Shown one piece after another: positions 14,600 through 18,988 of a DNA stretch of 18,988 nucleotides. The position numbers were made by a program, and so were the translations under genes. The DNA comes from a bacterium (GTDB lineage: Bacteria; Oederibacteriota; PGYV01; Palsa-1178): assembly GCA_037138355.1 (NCBI GenBank), contig JBAXIL010000034.1:1-18988 (forward strand), read 5' to 3'. The notes under the pieces were generated by a model. The model saw nothing but the letters and a program-made list of their open reading frames with translations, was not told where the DNA came from and ran no database searches. The first letter of the stretch is position 1. Each line of letters starts with the position of its first letter.

Positions 14600-15091
14600 T
14601 TAGTAAAGCTTGCGCTTAAATAGATCTCGTTTTGAGTTTCGTATCCTATCTATAAATAACACTCCATCCAAATGATCTATTTCATGTTGTAATATAACTG
14701 CTTCAAAACCGCTTGTTTCAAGTGAATTTGATTTTCCGTGTATATCTTGATATTTTATTTTTATCTGATTTGCCCTTTCTACATTGCCTGTAAAATCTGG
14801 AACACTTAAGCACCCTTCCCTGTTTATGGTAGAGCCAGAAAAAGAAATTATTTCGGGGTTTACAAGAACTAATAGACCACTTGTCTTTGTTACTTTTTTG
14901 TGACCTGTTGCATTTACCACCACCACTCTTATTAACTCACCTACCTGTGGGGCAGCAAGACCAACACAGCCTTTATTTATATACATAAACTCCGTAAGTG
15001 ATTGCGTAAAAAGATTTAGAGAATTATCAAATGTTTTTACAAATCGTGTTTTTTCTCTTAAAACGGGATTTGGAAACAGCAAAATGTTCAT
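14600..15091 (-). CDS. def: Peptide deformylase
   Basis: GCVGLAAPQVG, EGCLSVP, QHEIDHLDG. Confidence 0.96.
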   Translation of the reverse strand: MNILLFPNPVLREKTRFVKTFDNSLNLFTQSLTEFMYINKGCVGLAAPQVGELIRVVVVNATGHKKVTKTSGLLVLVNPEIISFSGSTINREGCLSVPDFTGNVERANQIKIKYQDIHGKSNSLETSGFEAVILQHEIDHLDGVLFIDRIRNSKRDLFKRKLY

Positions 15092-15633
15092 AGTATAGAC
15101 TTATCCGCCTCTGAAAATGACACATGAACGCCTATTCTTTTTCCTTCTTTGACAAGTTGTGTTTGTATCCTTTTAGCATTTATTTTTTTTGGGAGAGTTA
15201 CTTCGAGAAACATATAATACGCATGTGGAGTTACCTTTTCTGAACTTTTTGTTTCCAAATCTACTATATTTGCACCAACTTCATAGAGTTTTTTTGTTAT
15301 AGCATTAACTATACCTGGCTTGTCTGCCCCTGATATTGATATCACATAGATTCTTTCTTCTCCACCGTACTCTTTCATTTCATTTTCAGTAATCTTTTTT
15401 ATTTCCATTGTCATTTCATATTTTTTAGAAAACTTATTTATTTCCTTGTCAAACAAATCAGACTTAGCCTTTAAATCAGCCGAAAGAAGCATAATGACAG
15501 AAAAAGTCCTTCTGAGCATTATCATAGAAGAATCTTCTATATTGAAATTAAACTCTTTAAGGACATTAGTAAGTTTGTAAACTATGCCTTTTCTATCCAC
15601 CCCACCAGCTATAAGCATATATCTCTGTTTCAT
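15088..15633 (-). CDS. GcvR-like tandem ACT-domain protein
   Basis: Two ACT repeats: G.DRKGIV...NIEDSSM and GADKPGIV...ANIVDLET. GGAGG SD. Overlaps the def start by 4 nt. Confidence 0.85.
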   Translation of the reverse strand: MKQRYMLIAGGVDRKGIVYKLTNVLKEFNFNIEDSSMIMLRRTFSVIMLLSADLKAKSDLFDKEINKFSKKYEMTMEIKKITENEMKEYGGEERIYVISISGADKPGIVNAITKKLYEVGANIVDLETKSSEKVTPHAYYMFLEVTLPKKINAKRIQTQLVKEGKRIGVHVSFSEADKSIL

Positions 15634-15682
15634 ATATATCCCTCCATACTATAATTAATTATAAATCAATTAAAAAATATCC

Positions 15683-18600
15683 TCAATATTTTCTAACAAT
15701 TGCAAGTTTGAGCACTTTTATTTGTCCCTCGCCTGTATCTCTTTGCGCCTGCAATACTAATATATACATGCCATTTGAAACTGACTGCCCTGATATTGTT
15801 TTTAGATCCCAATCAATAGTAGCTGGAACTAAAACAGTTTCTAATTTCCTGACAAGTACACCCTCTATAGTATAAATATATACTGTCATACGCCCCTGCC
15901 CTGACGGGGTCCATTTTATACTTACTTTTCCATCATGTATTGCTTCATTTGAAATGGGATTTGGATATACTTTTTCTTCACTTATTACACCCATTTTTCC
16001 AGCATTTAAAACAGTAACACTCTTACTTGCCATAATTACAAATCCATTTGCAGTGGCTATCTCCACTCTCATTTCATATACTCCAGAATCAACTGTCCTG
16101 CCACTTGAATTATTGCCATCCCAATAAATAATCTGACCTGGAGCATACTCTACCTGTATACTATCATTACCTTTACCTACGCTAATAACATTTGATACTG
16201 CCAAATTTATTACAGAACCAGCTGGATTAAGTGATTTTATAGTACGAACTAATTCGCCTGAGCTATTAAATATTTCCAATTTCACAAATTCCTGTGCTGA
16301 AAGTACATTCATTTCTTTTACTATGGTCTCAACCTGCCCATATTCATTGGTCGTCATTAATTTTATGTAATACAAACCCTGACTAACTGGCTGAAGTCCA
16401 TTATTGGTTCCATCCCAGTAGAGATTTGTGTCAGGTCCATCAATAATATCTTTTCTGGTAAGAACTCCCATTAAACTTATCTGCAATTCACCTTGATTTG
16501 GATTAAATGTATTAGTTTCTTTGCCATCAAAAATAGTAATTACATCTTTTAAGTTCGCACTTATAGGTATATCTCCTATCAGTTTTACTATCTCTCCCGC
16601 GGAATTGTAAACTTCTATCTTTACTGTATAAGGAAAAGGAATAGGTGTTGGGGTTACAGTAAAAGTTGGAGTTATAGTAGGGCTATCTGTAAATGTGCTT
16701 GTGCTTGTAGAAGTAGGCGTAGCAGTAAATGTATTTGTCACTGTAAATGTATAAGTAGGTGTTGCAGTTGCCGTATAAGTGTAAGTAGAGCTTGAAGTCA
16801 TAGTCACAGTAGCAGTTGCTGTAGCCGTAGGTGATGCAGTATTAGTAAATGAATTGGTTGCCGTATTTGTAGATGTGTAAGTAGAAGTATTAGTCCCAGT
16901 AAATGTAGCAGTTGGTGTGCTTGTGGATGTAGCCGTAGCAGTAAATGTTTGCGACGGCGTTGAGGTTGAAGTATTAGTATATGTGTTTGTGTATGTGGCA
17001 GTAAAAGTACTTGTAGGAGTTGAAGTAAAAGTAGATGTTTGGGTATAAGTGTCAGTCGCAGTTGCTGTAAATGTAGCAGTTTTTGTATCAGTCGAAGTAG
17101 CCGTGCTGGTAGATGTTGGAGAAGCAGTATTAGTATTTGACGCAGTAGCTGTTTGAGTATAAGTAGCTGTGGCAGTATTCGTCGGAGTTGCTGTAGAAGT
17201 ATTTGAAGGTGTATTTGTAGAAGTTGCAGTTGATGTCGAAGTATCTGTTGGAGTAGCTGTAAAAGTATTTGAAGGTGTGTCTGTCGAAGTTGCAGTATGA
17301 GTTGAAGTGTCTGTTGGAGTATCAGTATAAGTCGCAGTAGATGTTTTTGTATTTGTTATCGTGACAGTATTTGTTGGTGTATGCGTAGAAGTATTTGTAC
17401 TTGATGAGGTCTCTGTTGAAGTTGCCGTCTTTGTTGCAGTGTCTGTAGGAGTATCTGTAGAAGTTGAAGTATTTGTTTGCGTGTTCGTTACCGAAACAGT
17501 ATAAGTTGATGTATTTGTAGAAGTGTAAGTAAATGTAGAAGTAGAAGTATTTGACGGCGTATTTGTCGAAGTAGAGGACTGTGTTGAAGTATTTGTTGGA
17601 GTGGCAGTAGAAGTTAATGTTGCTGTTGAAGTCGGTGTAGCTGTGGCTGTTGAAGTATTTGTTTGAGTGTTCGTTACCGAAACCGTATAAGTTGATGTAT
17701 TTGTGGAAGTGTAAGTAAATGTAGAAGTAGAAGTATTTGTTGGAGTATCTGTTGGGGTGGATGTCTGCGTCGCAGTGTTAGTTGGAGTAGCTGTAGAAGT
17801 TGAAGTCTGCGTTACTGTTGAAGACGGTGTCATAGTAAAAGTATAAGTATATGTGTTTGTCATAGTAACACTCGGAGTAAAACTTGAAGTCCAAGTCGGA
17901 GTGGCAGTTGTCATTATAAAAGCAACATGATTTGAAGAACCGTAATTATAATAAGCAATATTTTGAACACCTGTAGGTGATACTGTTGCAGTGGGTGTAA
18001 TTGTAGATGTAGGAGATATGCAACCATTTATACTACAAGGTGCTTCTCCCGTGTTCGGATCTGTCGTAGTTGCATTTATGTATTCACAGATTAAGTTCCC
18101 TAAAAGATAAAGCCCTGCATATTTACTGCTAGAAAATGTATTTCCCCAATCACACGGTCTTGTATACCAATAACTAGTCGCAGAATTCCAAACTGCATTA
18201 ACATTTAATTCCCAGGCTTGTATTTTTGTAACATAACCTCCATTTGGTGCAATCATAACATAAGGATGAGTACCAGCAGCAGCATTCCATCCAAATTCAA
18301 AATATTTATTTGCTATCCTCGTTCCACTTTCACAACTTGCTGTAATAGCATTGTTAAATGTATCGTTTTGCTCGGCCGTATTAATGTTGTCATTCGGAAC
18401 CTGCGCGCCTGCTGGACTATAACCACGATCTTCATGATTATTAAAAGTCCAAGCATGAGTATCATTTATCCAATATCGAATTGTTAAATCAGACAGAAAA
18501 ATTCCTGATTCCGACCAGTTCGTGATTTTATAGTTTTGATTCCATTTTGAACCAGTATTAGTTCCTAAACAGACTCCGCTATTTAACATTTCAAGATTTA

Positions 18601-18988
18601 ATTTATATGGTGTTGTTGTTCCTGTTACTGTAAACATGGCAGAAAAAGCAGTTGTTTCAATACCGCTACTGTTGCTTGCTGAACATTGATATCTTGGACC
18701 ATTTGATGCATCTCCTCCTCTTGCAATTATTATTATATACATATTTCCGCTTTTTTCAGGAGGTATAGCGCTTATTACCTTGACATGCTTTAAAGTTCCG
18801 TCTCCATTTACACCAGGGTCCAATGACTCATTATTATCCGGTCCATTTGTGTCGGTGATAGCCACTCCAGTAGAGACCTTTGCCACGCCATCATACCACC
18901 AAGTTGTCTGATTTTTATATATTCCTTTTTTTGACGCAATCCAATCCTGACCGCAAAAATTCAAAGTAGTTTTATCAGAGAGTGCTAT
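15683..18988 (-). CDS. Large surface/secreted protein, 5'-truncated: CBM3-like domain, long Thr/Ser/Pro stalk, FlgD-Ig-like repeats, YPNP-type C-terminal domain
   Basis: The frame stays open to the window edge (IALSDKTT precedes the TTG at 18964). NYKITN..GIFLSDLTIRYW..ANKYFEFGW is CBM3-like. About 450 aa of T-rich repeats. Twice E(V/I)(Y/F)NS.GE.V...YWDG.N..G..V..G.Y. Ends VYPNP...VSNGMYILV. Confidence 0.85.
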   Translation of the reverse strand: MALSDKTTLNFCGQDWIASKKGIYKNQTTWWYDGVAKVSTGVAITDTNGPDNNESLDPGVNGDGTLKHVKVISAIPPEKSGNMYIIIIARGGDASNGPRYQCSASNSSGIETTAFSAMFTVTGTTTPYKLNLEMLNSGVCLGTNTGSKWNQNYKITNWSESGIFLSDLTIRYWINDTHAWTFNNHEDRGYSPAGAQVPNDNINTAEQNDTFNNAITASCESGTRIANKYFEFGWNAAAGTHPYVMIAPNGGYVTKIQAWELNVNAVWNSATSYWYTRPCDWGNTFSSSKYAGLYLLGNLICEYINATTTDPNTGEAPCSINGCISPTSTITPTATVSPTGVQNIAYYNYGSSNHVAFIMTTATPTWTSSFTPSVTMTNTYTYTFTMTPSSTVTQTSTSTATPTNTATQTSTPTDTPTNTSTSTFTYTSTNTSTYTVSVTNTQTNTSTATATPTSTATLTSTATPTNTSTQSSTSTNTPSNTSTSTFTYTSTNTSTYTVSVTNTQTNTSTSTDTPTDTATKTATSTETSSSTNTSTHTPTNTVTITNTKTSTATYTDTPTDTSTHTATSTDTPSNTFTATPTDTSTSTATSTNTPSNTSTATPTNTATATYTQTATASNTNTASPTSTSTATSTDTKTATFTATATDTYTQTSTFTSTPTSTFTATYTNTYTNTSTSTPSQTFTATATSTSTPTATFTGTNTSTYTSTNTATNSFTNTASPTATATATVTMTSSSTYTYTATATPTYTFTVTNTFTATPTSTSTSTFTDSPTITPTFTVTPTPIPFPYTVKIEVYNSAGEIVKLIGDIPISANLKDVITIFDGKETNTFNPNQGELQISLMGVLTRKDIIDGPDTNLYWDGTNNGLQPVSQGLYYIKLMTTNEYGQVETIVKEMNVLSAQEFVKLEIFNSSGELVRTIKSLNPAGSVINLAVSNVISVGKGNDSIQVEYAPGQIIYWDGNNSSGRTVDSGVYEMRVEIATANGFVIMASKSVTVLNAGKMGVISEEKVYPNPISNEAIHDGKVSIKWTPSGQGRMTVYIYTIEGVLVRKLETVLVPATIDWDLKTISGQSVSNGMYILVLQAQRDTGEGQIKVLKLAIVRKY
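17463..17739. repeat. Direct repeat within the Thr-stalk coding region (91 bp x2, 186-bp period)
   Basis: 17463-17553 and 17649-17739 differ at 3 positions by eye. Both encode NTSTSTFTYTSTNTSTYTVSVTNTQTNTST. Confidence 0.85.

Noticed and set aside
15650..15663. TATAATTAATTATA palindrome upstream of the ACT gene
   Set aside because: A pure A/T dyad is expected by chance in this genome; it is probably just a -10 region.
16640..18010. Repetitive DNA as a CRISPR array or non-coding satellite
   Set aside because: The repeats are in-frame Thr/Ser codons of an open ORF. There is no constant repeat with unique spacers and no cas gene.
18962..18964. TTG at 18964 as the start of the large surface protein
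   Set aside because: The frame is open to the window edge and no SD or signal peptide is present at this codon, so the real start lies outside the window.

Overview
AT-rich bacterial chromosomal window of mostly housekeeping and accessory genes; I see no prophage, transposase, integrase or CRISPR array. Left to right: the 5' end of tuf (EF-Tu) with tRNA-Thr(GGT) upstream; a class I SAM methyltransferase; typA/bipA with a long structured leader; a YdbC/PC4-like ssDNA-binding gene paired with an unknown two-repeat protein ending in a beta-clamp-type motif (QMDLF); an lspA-ykgJ-CE2 esterase operon; an unusual PRTase + TM + DUF362-like + Thr-linker + YPNP-type C-terminal fusion; a membrane-anchored GyrI-like protein; a small membrane protein; tRNA-Asn(GTT); a PfkB kinase; a lexA-small ORF-dinB SOS cassette with a palindromic operator and a 120-bp palindromic element inside it; a CPBP protease; def coupled to a GcvR-like ACT protein; and the 3' part of a large surface protein (CBM3-like domain, ~450-aa Thr-rich stalk, FlgD-Ig-like/YPNP end). 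The Thr-stalk plus YPNP architecture recalls candidate phyla such as Ca. Goldiibacteriota (inference only). Best leads: the clamp-motif repeat protein + YdbC pair, the candidate LexA box and SOS cassette, the typA attenuator-like leader, and the PRTase-DUF362 fusion. All family calls come from motif recognition by eye; no searches were run.
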